46,020 nucleotides of DNA from an uncultured Chromatiales bacterium. GTDB lineage: Bacteria > Pseudomonadota > Gammaproteobacteria > 21-64-14. The position numbers and the translations under genes were made by a program. Below the pieces are notes generated by a model. The model searched no databases. It saw only the letters and a program-made list of their open reading frames with translations, and was not told where the DNA came from. The DNA lies in assembly GCA_964487445.1 (NCBI GenBank), contig CAZAQG010000004.1, positions 1-46,020 on the forward strand, given 5' to 3'. Below, one piece after another: positions 1 to 10,235 of this stretch; positions within the stretch are counted from its first letter, which is position 1, and each line of letters starts with the position of its first letter.

Positions 1-45
1 CCTGAGATCACTCGGCCCGAGATCAATCGCCCTGAGATCAACTGA
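1..45 (+). CDS. 3' end of a CDS entering from upstream of the window (partial); C-terminal PEI(T/N)R pentapeptide repeats
   Basis: Frame 1 reads PEITRPEINRPEIN then TGA at 43-45. It is encoded by three tandem 15-nt units (cctgagatcactcgg / cccgagatcaatcgc / cctgagatcaactga) and is followed by a terminator hairpin at 59-87. Product unknown. Confidence 0.35.
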   Translation, partial: PEITRPEINRPEIN

Positions 46-58
46 AGTTCGGTGCAAA

Positions 59-87
59 GGGAGGGCGACCCGGGCGGCCGCCCTCCC
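59..87. terminator. GC-rich hairpin between convergent gene ends (partial CDS and lysA), possibly a bidirectional terminator
   Basis: gggagggcg (59-67) pairs with cgccctccc (79-87), a 9-bp stem. It is followed by ccTTTcT on the + strand and by TTTGCACC on the - strand. The T-tracts are short. Confidence 0.45.
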
Positions 88-92
88 CCTTT

Positions 93-1340
93 CTACCCCC
101 CCAGTCTGCACTCCCCCCGCATAAGGTCCTTCAAGGTCTCGCGCCGTCGTATGACCTGCGACCGATCCTCGTCCACCAGGATCTCCGCGCCGCGTGGTCG
201 GGCGTTGTAGTTGGAACTCATGGAGAAGCCGTAGGCCCCGGCGCCGCGGATCGCCAGTAGGTCGCCCGGGCACAGGGCGAGTGCGCGGCCCTTGCCCAGG
301 AAGTCACCGGTCTCGCACACCGCACCCACTACGTCATAGGTCCGCGGCGCATTCGGGCGCGGGCGCACCGGTACGATCTCGTGCCAGGCGTCGTAGAGCG
401 CCGGGCGCATCAGATCGTTCATGGCCGCATCGACCACCGCGAAGTCGCGCGCGTCGGTATGCTTCAGATATTCGACCCGTGTCAGCAGGACGCCGGCGTT
501 CGCGACCAGCGCCCGGCCCGGTTCGATGACCAACTCCATGCGTTCCTCACCCAGCGCCGCGAGCAGCGCGGCCGCATATTGCGCGGGCGACGGCGGCCGC
601 TCGTCACGATAGCGCACGCCCAGCCCGCCGCCGAGATCGAGGTGTGTGAGCGCGAGCCCCTCGGCGCGCAAGGTGTGCACCAACGAGAGGACTCGCTCCA
701 GGGCGGCGACGAACGGGGCGGTGTCGGTGAGCTGGGACCCGATATGACAGCCCGCGCCGCATACTGTCACGTGCGCCATGTCCGCGGCGCGTCGGTAGAG
801 GCGCAGGGCCGTTTCGGGATCGACGCCGAACTTGTTTTCCTTGAGGCCGGTGGCGATGTAGGGATGGGTCCGTGCGTCCACGTCGGGGTTCACCCGCAGC
901 GAGACCGGCGCCCGCAGCCCCATCGCCCCGGCCACCTCGTTCAGGCGCTCGAGTTCACTCTCGGATTCCACGTTGAAGCAGCGGATGCCGGCCTCCAGCG
1001 CCCGGCGCATTTCGTCGGCCCGTTTGCCCACGCCGGAGAACACGATTTTGCGGGCATCGCCGCCGACGTGCAGGACCCGCTCCAATTCGCCCACCGAGAC
1101 GATATCGAACCCCGAACCCAGGCGCGCCAGCACGTCCAGTATCGCCAGGTTGGCGTTGGCCTTCACGGCGTAGCATACAAGGTGCGGGTGGGCGGCGAGG
1201 GCGTCGTCGAAGGCGCGCCAGTGGCGTTCGAGGGTGGCGCGCGAGTAGACGTAGGAGGGTGTGCCGTGGGCCGCGGCGACGGCCTCCAGATCAACCTCCT
1301 CGGCGAACAGACGACCGTCGCGGTATCGGAAATGGTCCAT
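93..1340 (-). CDS. lysA: Diaminopimelate decarboxylase
   Basis: 415-aa ORF. It begins MDHFRYRDGRLFAEEVDLEAVAAAHGTPSYVYS and carries CYAVKANANLAIL (PLP lysine region), EPGRALV and CETGD motifs typical of LysA. lptM sits immediately upstream, as in many gammaproteobacteria. Confidence 0.95.
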   Translation of the reverse strand: MDHFRYRDGRLFAEEVDLEAVAAAHGTPSYVYSRATLERHWRAFDDALAAHPHLVCYAVKANANLAILDVLARLGSGFDIVSVGELERVLHVGGDARKIVFSGVGKRADEMRRALEAGIRCFNVESESELERLNEVAGAMGLRAPVSLRVNPDVDARTHPYIATGLKENKFGVDPETALRLYRRAADMAHVTVCGAGCHIGSQLTDTAPFVAALERVLSLVHTLRAEGLALTHLDLGGGLGVRYRDERPPSPAQYAAALLAALGEERMELVIEPGRALVANAGVLLTRVEYLKHTDARDFAVVDAAMNDLMRPALYDAWHEIVPVRPRPNAPRTYDVVGAVCETGDFLGKGRALALCPGDLLAIRGAGAYGFSMSSNYNARPRGAEILVDEDRSQVIRRRETLKDLMRGECRLGG

Positions 1341-1367
1341 GGACTACGGGCCGAACGGATCCCTGGG

Positions 1368-1550
1368 TCAAGGCGCCGGCGGCGCGGGTTGCTTCCGGTC
1401 GCGTTTGCGCTGATGGCCCGGGGAATGGAGGCCGCCCGGGTGTGGGTTTGTAGCGGCGGCCGGCGCCGGGGGCAGATACAGCGGACCCTTCTGGCCGCAT
1501 CCACCCATCAACGGGCCGGCCAGGGCCGCAATCAGCACCGTTCGTGGCAC
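1368..1550 (-). CDS. lptM: Small lipoprotein of the LptM/YifL family
   Basis: Lies inside track ORF 1368..1709. A GTG at 1550 gives the 60-aa product VPRTVLIAALAGPLMGGCGQKGPLYLP..., with a lipobox Cys followed by the GQKGPLYLP signature. It holds the classic position upstream of lysA. The start codon is uncertain. Confidence 0.7.
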   Translation of the reverse strand: MPRTVLIAALAGPLMGGCGQKGPLYLPPAPAAATNPHPGGLHSPGHQRKRDRKQPAPPAP

Positions 1551-1771
1551 AATGGCGTACCGACTTGGTTGCACGTCACCGTCCGCAGCATTACGAGGGA
1601 CCCGAGTATAAACGTTCTCCGGCATCGCAGCATCCGCGCCGTGGGCGCCTTCACCGCGGCGTCGTCGTCCAGCGTCGCCGGGGCGGTTCGTCGCGTGCGT
1701 CCGCCGCACGGCGACACGGTGTCCTGCAGGGGGTCGCGGGTCGTACGCCCCGGCGCAGCGGCGGTGATGCG

Positions 1772-2467
1772 ATGATCGATGCGACGGGGCTTCCCGAGTG
1801 TGTGGAGCGCGCGCCTCGCGGCGCGGTTGCCGCGAGCATCCTGTGGCTGCACGGCCTCGGCGCGGACGGCCGTGACTTCGAACCGTTGGTCGATGAACTG
1901 GCGCTCCCGGAGGATCCCGGGGTTCGCTTCGTATTCCCCCATGCCCCCTATCGTCCGGTGAGTCTCAACGCCGGCGCGCGGATGCGCGCCTGGTACGACC
2001 TGCTGCCTCCGGGGCCGAGCCGGCGGGAGGACGAGGCGGGCATCGCCGCGGCTGCGGACACCGTGCGCGCGCTGATCGAACGCGAGGCGCGCCGCGGCGT
2101 CCCGCCCCGGCGGCTGGTGCTGGGCGGTTTCTCCCAGGGCGGTGCCTTGGCGTTGTACGCGGGCCTGCGCCACCCCGAGCGGTTGGCGGGGATCGTCGCG
2201 TTGTCTTCTTATCTGCCGCTGGCCGGGCGCCTGCCGGAGGAAGCGGCCGCGGCCACCCGCGACGTGCCGATCCTGCTTGCCCACGGGAGCGCCGACCCGC
2301 TGATCGGCCGCGACATCGCCGAGCGTTCCCGCGACCGATTGCGCTCGCTGGGCTACCCGGTGCAGTGGCGCCTCTACGACATGGCACACTCGGTCTGCCC
2401 CGAGGAGATCCATGATCTGCGCGCATGGTTGACGGGGGTCGCGCTCGCCGCGTCCGGGACCGCCTGA
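1772..2467 (+). CDS. Alpha/beta hydrolase, phospholipase/carboxylesterase family
   Basis: ATG at 1772 (MIDATGLPE...) within track ORF 1544..2467. It has WLHGLGADG, the nucleophile elbow GFSQGG and a late HG..D...H pattern typical of the carboxylesterase/YpfH-like family. Confidence 0.85.
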   Translation: MIDATGLPECVERAPRGAVAASILWLHGLGADGRDFEPLVDELALPEDPGVRFVFPHAPYRPVSLNAGARMRAWYDLLPPGPSRREDEAGIAAAADTVRALIEREARRGVPPRRLVLGGFSQGGALALYAGLRHPERLAGIVALSSYLPLAGRLPEEAAAATRDVPILLAHGSADPLIGRDIAERSRDRLRSLGYPVQWRLYDMAHSVCPEEIHDLRAWLTGVALAASGTA

Positions 2468-2477
2468 GGCGCGGCGC

Positions 2478-5351
2478 TCAGTCGCCGGGGCCCGGGTCGA
2501 GGTGTTCGAGGGTGCGGTTCAGACGATCCTCGATGCGCTTCTTGTAGTTCAGGTAGTGGATGGTCTGCATCCCGCCCTGCGGGTCCGCCCCGAGCAACCC
2601 GCGCGAGACGTCGATGTCCGTGATATAGATCGGGTAGCGCTCGCCTCCCTCACGCCGCTGCAGGATATGGCGGGTGAACTCCGCGTACAGGTCCTCGCCG
2701 TATTGCAGGGAGGAGAACTCCCGATGATCGCAGTAGAGGGTGTAATCGGTCCGGCGGTCCACCGAATGCGCGATGACCTGGACGTCGAAGTAGTTGCGCC
2801 CCGGGTCCGGGCGTACGATCCGCGCGGGCTCCGCGCGCCACCGCTCGGGGCCGCGCTTCTCCAGACGGTAATACTCGACCGCATCGCGTGCCGCCCCCCC
2901 CTCCCCGGGCCGCGGCGCGTGCCGGAGGCGGACCGACTCGAGAAAACGCTGGAATTGACTCAGCAGCGCGTTCTCATCGTAGAACGGCAGTGACTGGTGG
3001 AACAGCGACGCCCGCTCGTCGATGATGTACACCTCGACCCGCTCACCGCTCACATGATAGAAGAACTGCACCACGGCGGGTCGGTTGGCCTCGAAGATCA
3101 GCGGCAACGGCGTCTCGCGCAGGGTCTGCGCGTCCAGGATGACCGGGCTGAAATCCTCGCGCGGTTCGGCGAGTCGTGCCAGCAGACCGTCCAGGGAGAC
3201 CACCTGCCGGTAGCGTGGGACCCGGTTTTCCGGCTCCAGCAGGTAGTAACGATGGGCGACGCGCAGGACGAACCGGGCCGCGTCGGATTTGCACAGCCCG
3301 TAGAAGCAGTTGATCACGTCCTGAAACAGGCCCTCGATGCGTTGCGCGATCAGCGGACCGCGCGTCGAGGAAAAGCTGTAGGCGGCCGGCGCCCTGGGCA
3401 CGGCCCCGCCCCCCTGGGGCGCCCACGCCAGGTAGTCGCACAGGCAGTCGAGCAGCGCGTCGGGCCCCGTATAGCGGAAGGTCAGCACCTCCTGCCAACT
3501 GGTCAGCACCACCAGGTCGAAGCTCAGTGCCAGATTCTCCCAGCGCCCGCCGTAGCAGAGGGCATCGGTGCGATTGCTCGTCAGGTGCATCCCATAGCGC
3601 GTGAGCCGCGCCATGGGGTCGAGGCCGAGGTTGATGAACAGCAGCGCCTGCAGGACCTTGGGCGGGCGCGCCAACTCCTCGATCCGCGCATCACCGAGCC
3701 GCGCATCCGGAAAACTCCTCTGCAGGCAATCCAGGATCCCGTGCAACTCCCCGTAGCTCACTCCGCACTCGCGCGTGCGCAGCCCGATCACCGTTCCATG
3801 ATCCATCAGGCGGTTGAAATAACACCATGCGAGCAATTCGACGAGGCCGTAGGCGCGCTTGAGCGGGGCCTCCCGCTGCGCGTCTTCCTCGCCGACGTCG
3901 TCGCGGAACAACAACCACTTCTGCCGATCCCCCTCGCTCTCCTTCTGCACGATGCCGAGATGCTTCTCCGCCAGGTTGCGCGAAATACCGGGATTGATGA
4001 TCTCCACCTTCCCGGCCTTGCGCTCGAACGAGGCGTAGAGCTTGCGCCCCAGGGTGTGGAGGTCCAGCGGATCGATCGAGGCGGTATGCCGGTGCTCGCG
4101 CGCGAAGTCCGACAGCATGCGGTAGCTGCGGGTGAGCTGGTCGACCAGGATACGGCGCTCCTCGAGCACACGATGAATTTTCCATGTGGCGCGTGCGTCG
4201 AGCACGTGCAGGTCCACCGATTTCCAGCCCCATTCGCGCGTCAGTGCGCGCATCACCTCGCGCCTGCGGCTGGTGCGCGCGGGCGGTTCCGGTTCGCTGA
4301 GCCGCTCGCCGACCTTGAAGTAGAAGCAGCGTCGCGCCAGCCCGAGGCGCTCGTGTTCCCCGCCGGCGCTCAGGTACTCCTCGACCTTGGCCTCCAGCAT
4401 GACGTAGGGATCGAGCCGGTCGAGGTCCGTTTCCCCGGCGTAGACGGCGCGCTTGAAGCGCAGGCTCAACAGGTCCACGCGCGGGTACTCGCTGGCGTAG
4501 ACCTCCATGAGCAGGATCTTGAGCAGCGACTTGTACGGGGAATCGATCGCCTTGTAGAGCTGCCACAGGGAGGCGCCCAGGAACTCGCCGGCCGGGACCT
4601 CGGCGAGCCCGCCGAGGTCGATGTCCTCGCCGGCGCGTACGAACCGGCGACGCTTGAGTTCGCGCACGTAATCGTCGTAGTGGCCCTCCGCCTCGGGCGG
4701 CACCAGCCACCAGATCGGGTGACGGCCGGCGAGCAGCAGGCCGGTGCGGTAGAACTCATCGAGCAGGAGCTGGTGCTGGATCTTCCCGCTGCTCTCGGCG
4801 GACAGCGCCTCCTCGCCCCCGGCACGGAAACGCTCGGCATCCATCACGAAGAAGTGCACTTCCAGTTCGATGGCGCGGGCCCAGGCGCTGATACGCTCCG
4901 TCTTGCGGCGCAGATCGTTGCGCTGCTCGCGGGTCAGGCCGGGCTGATGGCAGACCCACACGTCGAAATCGCTGTTCTCCGAATAGGCGATGGTCCCGCT
5001 GCTGCCCATCAGGTACAGGGCGTGGATCCGGTAGGTCGGCAGCGCCCGCTTCTGGTAGTGGAAGCTGCGGGTCAGTTGTCGCGCCGCTTCGATGCCGCGC
5101 TTGGCCGGCGAATAGTCGGAGATCCCGAACGGCGTGCGCTTGGAGACGAAGCCGGGCAGCAGGGGGTGGTTGGTGTGGAACAGCAGCGGCAGCAGATCGA
5201 GGAACTGGCGCTGCTTGGGGCGCAGGGTCTCGCGCAGGCGCTGGAGGCGCTCGCGGTTGATCCCGTAGAAGCGCCGCCTCAACTGCCGGCGGTCGACCTC
5301 GCGGGTGAATCGATGATGGGTGAGGACTTTTGCCGTCATGGTCGTATCCAT
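2478..5351 (-). CDS. cyaA: Class I adenylate cyclase
   Basis: 957-aa ORF. The N-terminal region (RFYGINRERLQRLRETL...QRQFLDLLPLLFHTNHPLLPGFVSKRTPFGISDY) and overall length match enterobacterial/Pseudomonas-type CyaA. Confidence 0.93.
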   Translation of the reverse strand: MDTTMTAKVLTHHRFTREVDRRQLRRRFYGINRERLQRLRETLRPKQRQFLDLLPLLFHTNHPLLPGFVSKRTPFGISDYSPAKRGIEAARQLTRSFHYQKRALPTYRIHALYLMGSSGTIAYSENSDFDVWVCHQPGLTREQRNDLRRKTERISAWARAIELEVHFFVMDAERFRAGGEEALSAESSGKIQHQLLLDEFYRTGLLLAGRHPIWWLVPPEAEGHYDDYVRELKRRRFVRAGEDIDLGGLAEVPAGEFLGASLWQLYKAIDSPYKSLLKILLMEVYASEYPRVDLLSLRFKRAVYAGETDLDRLDPYVMLEAKVEEYLSAGGEHERLGLARRCFYFKVGERLSEPEPPARTSRRREVMRALTREWGWKSVDLHVLDARATWKIHRVLEERRILVDQLTRSYRMLSDFAREHRHTASIDPLDLHTLGRKLYASFERKAGKVEIINPGISRNLAEKHLGIVQKESEGDRQKWLLFRDDVGEEDAQREAPLKRAYGLVELLAWCYFNRLMDHGTVIGLRTRECGVSYGELHGILDCLQRSFPDARLGDARIEELARPPKVLQALLFINLGLDPMARLTRYGMHLTSNRTDALCYGGRWENLALSFDLVVLTSWQEVLTFRYTGPDALLDCLCDYLAWAPQGGGAVPRAPAAYSFSSTRGPLIAQRIEGLFQDVINCFYGLCKSDAARFVLRVAHRYYLLEPENRVPRYRQVVSLDGLLARLAEPREDFSPVILDAQTLRETPLPLIFEANRPAVVQFFYHVSGERVEVYIIDERASLFHQSLPFYDENALLSQFQRFLESVRLRHAPRPGEGGAARDAVEYYRLEKRGPERWRAEPARIVRPDPGRNYFDVQVIAHSVDRRTDYTLYCDHREFSSLQYGEDLYAEFTRHILQRREGGERYPIYITDIDVSRGLLGADPQGGMQTIHYLNYKKRIEDRLNRTLEHLDPGPGD

Positions 5352-5551
5352 ATCGGCAACGGTGACCGGATCTACAGTCCGCGACCCCGGCCGGCCCCTC
5401 CGCAGAAACCTGATAATCGGTTTTTTCTCAATCGGTTACAGCAAAAGCAACGGTTCCGGTGCAGGCCCCGTCGGGGTGGGCTATCTTTAAAATGCTGCGG
5501 TATCGCAGGTACAGGCCGACGCGTCCGCGGGGACGCCGGGAGGGTGGGCGC

Positions 5552-5794
5552 ATGAAAGAGAGGACGCCGCCGCAGGTGGGTGCCCCGGATCCGGAACGGG
5601 AGACCTCACCGGTGGCCGACGAGACCGATGAGGACTTTCCGTTGGCCGGCATGCAGGCCGACGACCGGCCCGTCTGCCTTTTCAACGGGGCCGTGTTCCA
5701 GGACGGGGAGTTCGTCTGCAGCGGCGCGGACCTGCTGCGTTGCGATCACGGCGTATGGATCCGGGAGGGTTCCTGCGATCCCGACCACCCCTGA
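5552..5794 (+). CDS. Small hypothetical protein: acidic N-terminal half and a 4-Cys C-terminal module
   Basis: ATG at 5552 preceded by gggagggtggg (SD-like), 80 aa. The C-terminal part is VCLFNGAVFQDGEFVCSGADLLRCDHGVWIREGSCDP. No family assigned with confidence (it resembles small Cys-containing DUF proteins). The track ORF 5459..5794 is the longer form. Confidence 0.5.
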   Translation: MKERTPPQVGAPDPERETSPVADETDEDFPLAGMQADDRPVCLFNGAVFQDGEFVCSGADLLRCDHGVWIREGSCDPDHP

Positions 5795-5805
5795 CCGGGA
5801 TGCCC

Positions 5806-7194
5806 TCAGGCGAGCCGCTCGCGGGCACGGCGGATGGCGGTGCGTACCTGCGCGGGCGCCGTGCCGCCGGGGTGATCGCGCGAGGCCACGGACCCCTCCA
5901 GCGTGAGCACCCGGTAGACGTCCTCGTCGATGGTCGCGGAGAAACCGCGCAGCTCCTCGAGGCTCAGTTCGGAGAGGTTGCGCCCTTGTTCGATCCCGAA
6001 GCGCACCGCGCGCCCCACCGCCTCGTGGGCGTCGCGGAAGGCGATCCCCTTACGCACCAGATAGTCGGCGAGATCGGTGGCCGTGGTGTAGCCGCGCAGC
6101 GCCGCGCGCCGCAGTTCCTCGCGCTCGACCCGCATCTGCGGGATCAGCCCGGTGAACGCCCGCAACGCGTCGCGTACGGTGTCGACCGTATCGAACAGCG
6201 GCTCTTTGTCCTCCTGGTTGTCCTTGTTGTACGCCAGGGGCTGCGCCTTCATCAGGACCAGCAGCGCCGTCAGGTGGCCGATCACGCGCGCACTCTTGCC
6301 GCGTACCAGTTCGGGTACGTCGGGATTCTTCTTCTGCGGCATGATCGAGGACCCGGTGCAATAGCGGTCCGGCAACTCGACGAACTCGAATTGCGCGGAC
6401 GACCACAGAATCAACTCCTCGGCGATGCGCGAGAGGTGCGTCATGAGCAGCGCGGCGTCGGCCAGGAACTCGATGACGAAGTCGCGGTCGCCGACCGCGT
6501 CCAGCGAGTTCGCGGCGATCGCCTCGAAGCCGAGCAACTCGGCGGTGTAGGCGCGGTCGATGGGGTAGCCGGTGCCCGCCAGCGCGGCGGCGCCCAGCGG
6601 CAGCACGTTGATCCGGTGCCGGCACTCGGCGATGCGCTCGTGGTCGCGATCGAGCATCTCGAACCAGGCCATCATGTGGTGGCCGAAGGTGACCGGTTGC
6701 GCGGCCTGGAGGTGGGTGAATCCCGGCATGACGGTCTCGGCCTCGCGCTCGGCGACGTCGAGTAGCACCGTCTGCAGCGCGCGGATCTGCTTGCGCACGG
6801 CATCGACCTCGGCGCGCAGATACATGCGCAGGTCGGTGGCGACCTGGTCGTTGCGCGAGCGCCCGGTGTGCAGCTTCTTGCCGGGGTCGCCGATGCGCGC
6901 GGTCAGGCGCGCCTCGATGTTCATATGCACGTCCTCGAGGGACAGCGACCAAGCGAAATCGCCGCGCTCGATCTCCCCGAGCACTTCGTTCAGGCCGTCG
7001 ACGATGGCCTGGCACTCGCGTCGGTCCAGGATGCCGGCCCGCTCCAGCATCCGTGCGTGGGCGATGGAGCCCTCGATATCGTAGGCGTACAGGCGCCGAT
7101 CGAAGGAGACCGAGGCGGTGAAGGTCTCCACGAAGGTGTCGGTGGGTTCGCTGAAGCGCCCCCCCCAGGATTTGTTCGGTGCGCCGTCCTTCAT
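5806..7194 (-). CDS. argH: Argininosuccinate lyase
   Basis: Trimmed from track ORF 5806..7488 to the ATG at 7194 ([36 protein letters not shown]...). It carries the fumarate-lyase signature [12 protein letters not shown]. Confidence 0.95.
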   Translation of the reverse strand: MKDGAPNKSWGGRFSEPTDTFVETFTASVSFDRRLYAYDIEGSIAHARMLERAGILDRRECQAIVDGLNEVLGEIERGDFAWSLSLEDVHMNIEARLTARIGDPGKKLHTGRSRNDQVATDLRMYLRAEVDAVRKQIRALQTVLLDVAEREAETVMPGFTHLQAAQPVTFGHHMMAWFEMLDRDHERIAECRHRINVLPLGAAALAGTGYPIDRAYTAELLGFEAIAANSLDAVGDRDFVIEFLADAALLMTHLSRIAEELILWSSAQFEFVELPDRYCTGSSIMPQKKNPDVPELVRGKSARVIGHLTALLVLMKAQPLAYNKDNQEDKEPLFDTVDTVRDALRAFTGLIPQMRVEREELRRAALRGYTTATDLADYLVRKGIAFRDAHEAVGRAVRFGIEQGRNLSELSLEELRGFSATIDEDVYRVLTLEGSVASRDHPGGTAPAQVRTAIRRARERLA

Positions 7195-7285
7195 GGTTCC
7201 GCCGTGCCTGCCGATATAATGGGCCGCAGTATAGCAAGTTTCCGGACCCCTCCCGCGGTAGTGCGACGGCGGGATCGGGTCCGGT

Positions 7286-8413
7286 GTGATCGGAGCGGGG
7301 GCCGGGCGCGTGGCCGAACGACCTGCGACAGAAGGTGTGGAGCGGCTGTTCCTGCCGGACTTCTGTGACGTGCGCACGGTGTTCGCCGTGGTCGTCCTGT
7401 CGGAACTGCTGGCGGTGGTGTTGGTGCTCGCGCCGCCGCGCGCCCCGGCCGATCCGTGGGGCGAGCTGAGCCTGGTGTCGCTGTTCATCCAATGGGTCGC
7501 CCTGGCCGGGGCCGCGTCGCTGTGCGCCCTGCGTCCGCGGCTGGCGCGCCTCGGCGATACCCGCGCGGGCTGGGTGAGCTACGGCGTGCTCCTCGCCGTC
7601 ACGCTGGCCGTGAGCGAGGCGGCCTTCCGGCTGTTGCAGTTGAAGGGGCTGCATTACGGCGGGGTGCGCGAGGCGCAAGGGGCGTTCGTCCTGCGCAATC
7701 TGCTGATCGCCGCCATCGTCAGCGCGGTGGTGCTGCGCTACCTGTACGTGCAACATCAGTGGCGGCGCAACGTCCAGGCCGAGGCCCGCGCGCGGCTGCA
7801 GGCCCTTCAGTCGCGCATCCGCCCGCACTTCCTGTTCAACAGCATGAACACCATCGCCGGTCTCACACGCGAACGCCCCGAACTCGCGGAGGAAGTTGTG
7901 GAGGACCTCGCCGACCTGTTTCGGGCCGGCCTGGCCGATTCGCGCCAGCGGGTCGGGCTCGGCGAGGAGATCGAGATGGCGCGGAGCTACCTGCGCATCG
8001 AGGCCCTGCGCCTCGGCGATCGGCTTCGGGTCGACTGGAGGATCGGCGACCTGCCGCTCGATCTCCCGGTGCCGCCGCTGATCCTGCAGCCGCTGCTCGA
8101 GAATGCGGTCTATCACGGGATCGAGCCGCGCGCGGAAGGCGGCGAGATCCGCGTCGAGGGTCGTCGGGAAGGCGGCGCGGTGGTCTTCGTGCTTCGCAAC
8201 CCGGTGCCCGACGCCGCGCCGCGGCGCCGTGAGGGCCACCGCATGGCCCTGGAGAACATTCGCCAGCGCCTCGCCCTGGCCTACGGGGACGAGGGCGCAC
8301 TCACGGTGCGCAGCACAGGCGGCGTGTTCGAGGTGCGGGTGCGGCTTCCCGGCGCGCCCCCGGGAGGTTCGGCCGATGCGCCGACGGGCCGGGTCGGCGG
8401 GGGGGCGCCGTGA
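7286..8413 (+). CDS. algZ: LytS/AlgZ(FimS)-type sensor histidine kinase
   Basis: N-terminal membrane segments followed by the His_kinase motif [17 protein letters not shown] and an ATPase region ([12 protein letters not shown]). It sits between argH and a LytTR regulator, as in P. aeruginosa. GTG start at 7286, exact start uncertain. Confidence 0.85.
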   Translation: MIGAGAGRVAERPATEGVERLFLPDFCDVRTVFAVVVLSELLAVVLVLAPPRAPADPWGELSLVSLFIQWVALAGAASLCALRPRLARLGDTRAGWVSYGVLLAVTLAVSEAAFRLLQLKGLHYGGVREAQGAFVLRNLLIAAIVSAVVLRYLYVQHQWRRNVQAEARARLQALQSRIRPHFLFNSMNTIAGLTRERPELAEEVVEDLADLFRAGLADSRQRVGLGEEIEMARSYLRIEALRLGDRLRVDWRIGDLPLDLPVPPLILQPLLENAVYHGIEPRAEGGEIRVEGRREGGAVVFVLRNPVPDAAPRRREGHRMALENIRQRLALAYGDEGALTVRSTGGVFEVRVRLPGAPPGGSADAPTGRVGGGAP

Positions 8414-9171
8414 AGATCGTAATCGCCGACGACGAGGCCCTGGCGCGGCGCCGACTCCGCGCCCTGGTCGCCGGGATCGGGGGCCACACGGTGCTCGGCG
8501 AGGCGGCCGACGGGCGCGAGGCCATCTTGCGCACCCACGAACTCGCCCCGGACGTGGTGCTGCTGGATATTCGCATGCCGGGGCTGGACGGACTCGAGGC
8601 GGCGCGCCATATCGCCGCCTTCGATCACCCGCCGGCCGTCATCTTCACCACGGCCTATGGCGATCATGCACTGGAGGCCTTCGAGACGTACGCCGTCGAC
8701 TACCTGCTCAAGCCGATTCGTCGCGAGCGGCTCGCCGCCGCGCTGGAGAGGACGCGCCGCCTGACCCGCGCGCAGCTCGACACGTTGCGCGCGGACGGGG
8801 GCGGCGGGGCCGGCACCGCCGCGCGTACCCATTTGTGCGCGCGCGTGCGCGGCGACCTCGTGCTGGTGGCGGTCGAGGACATCCGCTACCTGCAGGCGGA
8901 GCACAAGTATGTCACCGTGCGCGGGAGCGAGCGCGAAGTCCTGATCGAAGAGAGCCTCACGGGCCTGGAGCGGGAATTCGGTGAACGGTTTCTCCGCATA
9001 CATCGCAACGCCCTGGTAGCGCGCGCCTATCTCGCGGGTCTCGAGCGCGGCCCGGACGGGCGCGTCTACGCGCGGGTGCGTGGTGCGGATGCGCGGCTCG
9101 AGGTCAGCCGCCGCCACCTGCCGCGGCTGCGGCGGTTGGTACGCCTCGCAGCCGGCGCCCGGCCTGTCTGA
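8410..9171 (+). CDS. algR: LytTR-family response regulator
   Basis: REC domain ([16 protein letters not shown]..., VLLDIRMPGLDG) plus a C-terminal LytTR domain (IRYLQAEHKYVTVR). The GTG start overlaps the algZ stop (GTGA). It lies upstream of hemC as in Pseudomonas. Confidence 0.9.
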   Translation: MKIVIADDEALARRRLRALVAGIGGHTVLGEAADGREAILRTHELAPDVVLLDIRMPGLDGLEAARHIAAFDHPPAVIFTTAYGDHALEAFETYAVDYLLKPIRRERLAAALERTRRLTRAQLDTLRADGGGGAGTAARTHLCARVRGDLVLVAVEDIRYLQAEHKYVTVRGSEREVLIEESLTGLEREFGERFLRIHRNALVARAYLAGLERGPDGRVYARVRGADARLEVSRRHLPRLRRLVRLAAGARPV

Positions 9172-9283
9172 GGCTGCGCATCGGGTTGCCTCCGGACGCG
9201 CCCCGGCATAGGATGGACCCGGCCTCTGCATCATGCACAGTTCTTGAGGGAAATCATATGGTTTTGGTATCGGAGACCGGGTC

Positions 9284-10216
9284 GTGACCGGTGCCGTGCT
9301 GCGTATCGCCACGCGCCGCAGCACGCTCGCCCTGTGGCAGGCGAACCGGGTTCGCGACGAGCTGTGCCGGCGAAATCCCGGCCTGCGGGTCGAACTGTTG
9401 GCGATGCAGACCAAGGGAGATCGGATCCTCGACAGCCCGCTTGCAAAGATCGGCGGCAAGGGATTGTTTCTCAAGGAATTGGAGGAAAGCCTCCAGGGTC
9501 GGCGGGCGGAGCTGGCGGTGCACTCGCTCAAGGACGTCCCGGCCGAACTGCCGGAGGGGCTCGTCCTCCCGGTCGTCCTGGCGCGCGAGGACGCGCGCGA
9601 CGCCTTCCTCTCGCCTTACCCGAACCTCGCCGGACTCCCATCCGGGGCGCGGGTCGGTACCTCCAGTCTGCGGCGCGCCTGCCAGTTGCGCGCGCGCCAC
9701 CCGCACCTGCGGATCGTCGATCTGCGCGGCAACGTGGGCACGCGGCTCGCCAAGCTCGACCACGGCGACTACGATGCCGTGATCCTCGCCGCGGCCGGCC
9801 TCAAGCGTCTCGGCCTGGGCGGGCGGATCACCGCGCTCCTGGAACCGGAGCAGAGCCTGCCGGCGGTCGGCCAGGGCGCGATCGGCATCGAGTGCCGGGC
9901 GGACGACGCACGGGTGCTGGAACGGATCCTGCCGCTCGACGACCCGGCGACCCACCTCCGGGTGAATGCCGAGCGTGCCTTCGGCGCACGCCTCGGCGGC
10001 GGTTGCCAGGTTCCCATCGCCGGGTATGCGACGCTCGAGGGGGCGGCGCTGCACCTGCGCGGTCTCGTCGGCCGCCCCGATGGATGCGAACTCGTGGAGG
10101 GCGAGACGCGGGGGCCGGGCGACGAGGCCGCGGCGCTCGGGCGCGCGCTTGCCGAGGAGCTGCTCGGACGCGGCGCGGCGCGCATCCTCGAGGAGCTGTT
10201 CGCCGCCGGGGATTGA
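9284..10216 (+). CDS. hemC: Hydroxymethylbilane synthase (porphobilinogen deaminase)
   Basis: 310 aa with a GTG start. [15 protein letters not shown] and [25 protein letters not shown] are typical HemC motifs. Confidence 0.95.
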   Translation: MTGAVLRIATRRSTLALWQANRVRDELCRRNPGLRVELLAMQTKGDRILDSPLAKIGGKGLFLKELEESLQGRRAELAVHSLKDVPAELPEGLVLPVVLAREDARDAFLSPYPNLAGLPSGARVGTSSLRRACQLRARHPHLRIVDLRGNVGTRLAKLDHGDYDAVILAAAGLKRLGLGGRITALLEPEQSLPAVGQGAIGIECRADDARVLERILPLDDPATHLRVNAERAFGARLGGGCQVPIAGYATLEGAALHLRGLVGRPDGCELVEGETRGPGDEAAALGRALAEELLGRGAARILEELFAAGD

Positions 10217-10235
10217 ACCCGCGGGGAGGGGTGCG

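Noticed and set aside
1538-1546. AlgR-box-like 9-mers (CCGTTCGTG at 1538-1546 and CCGTTCGTA at 33167-33175) resembling CCGTTCGTC.
   Set aside because: These are single imperfect 9-mers, one of them inside the dprA coding sequence, and such matches are expected by chance in 46 kb of GC-rich DNA. I saw none in the algR-hemC intergenic region, where a site would make sense.
5361-5376. A CRP/Vfr-like site, GGTGA-ccggat-CTACA, just upstream of the cyaA start codon.
   Set aside because: It has three mismatches to TGTGA-N6-TCACA, two of them in the right half-site, so it is too weak to call from sequence alone.
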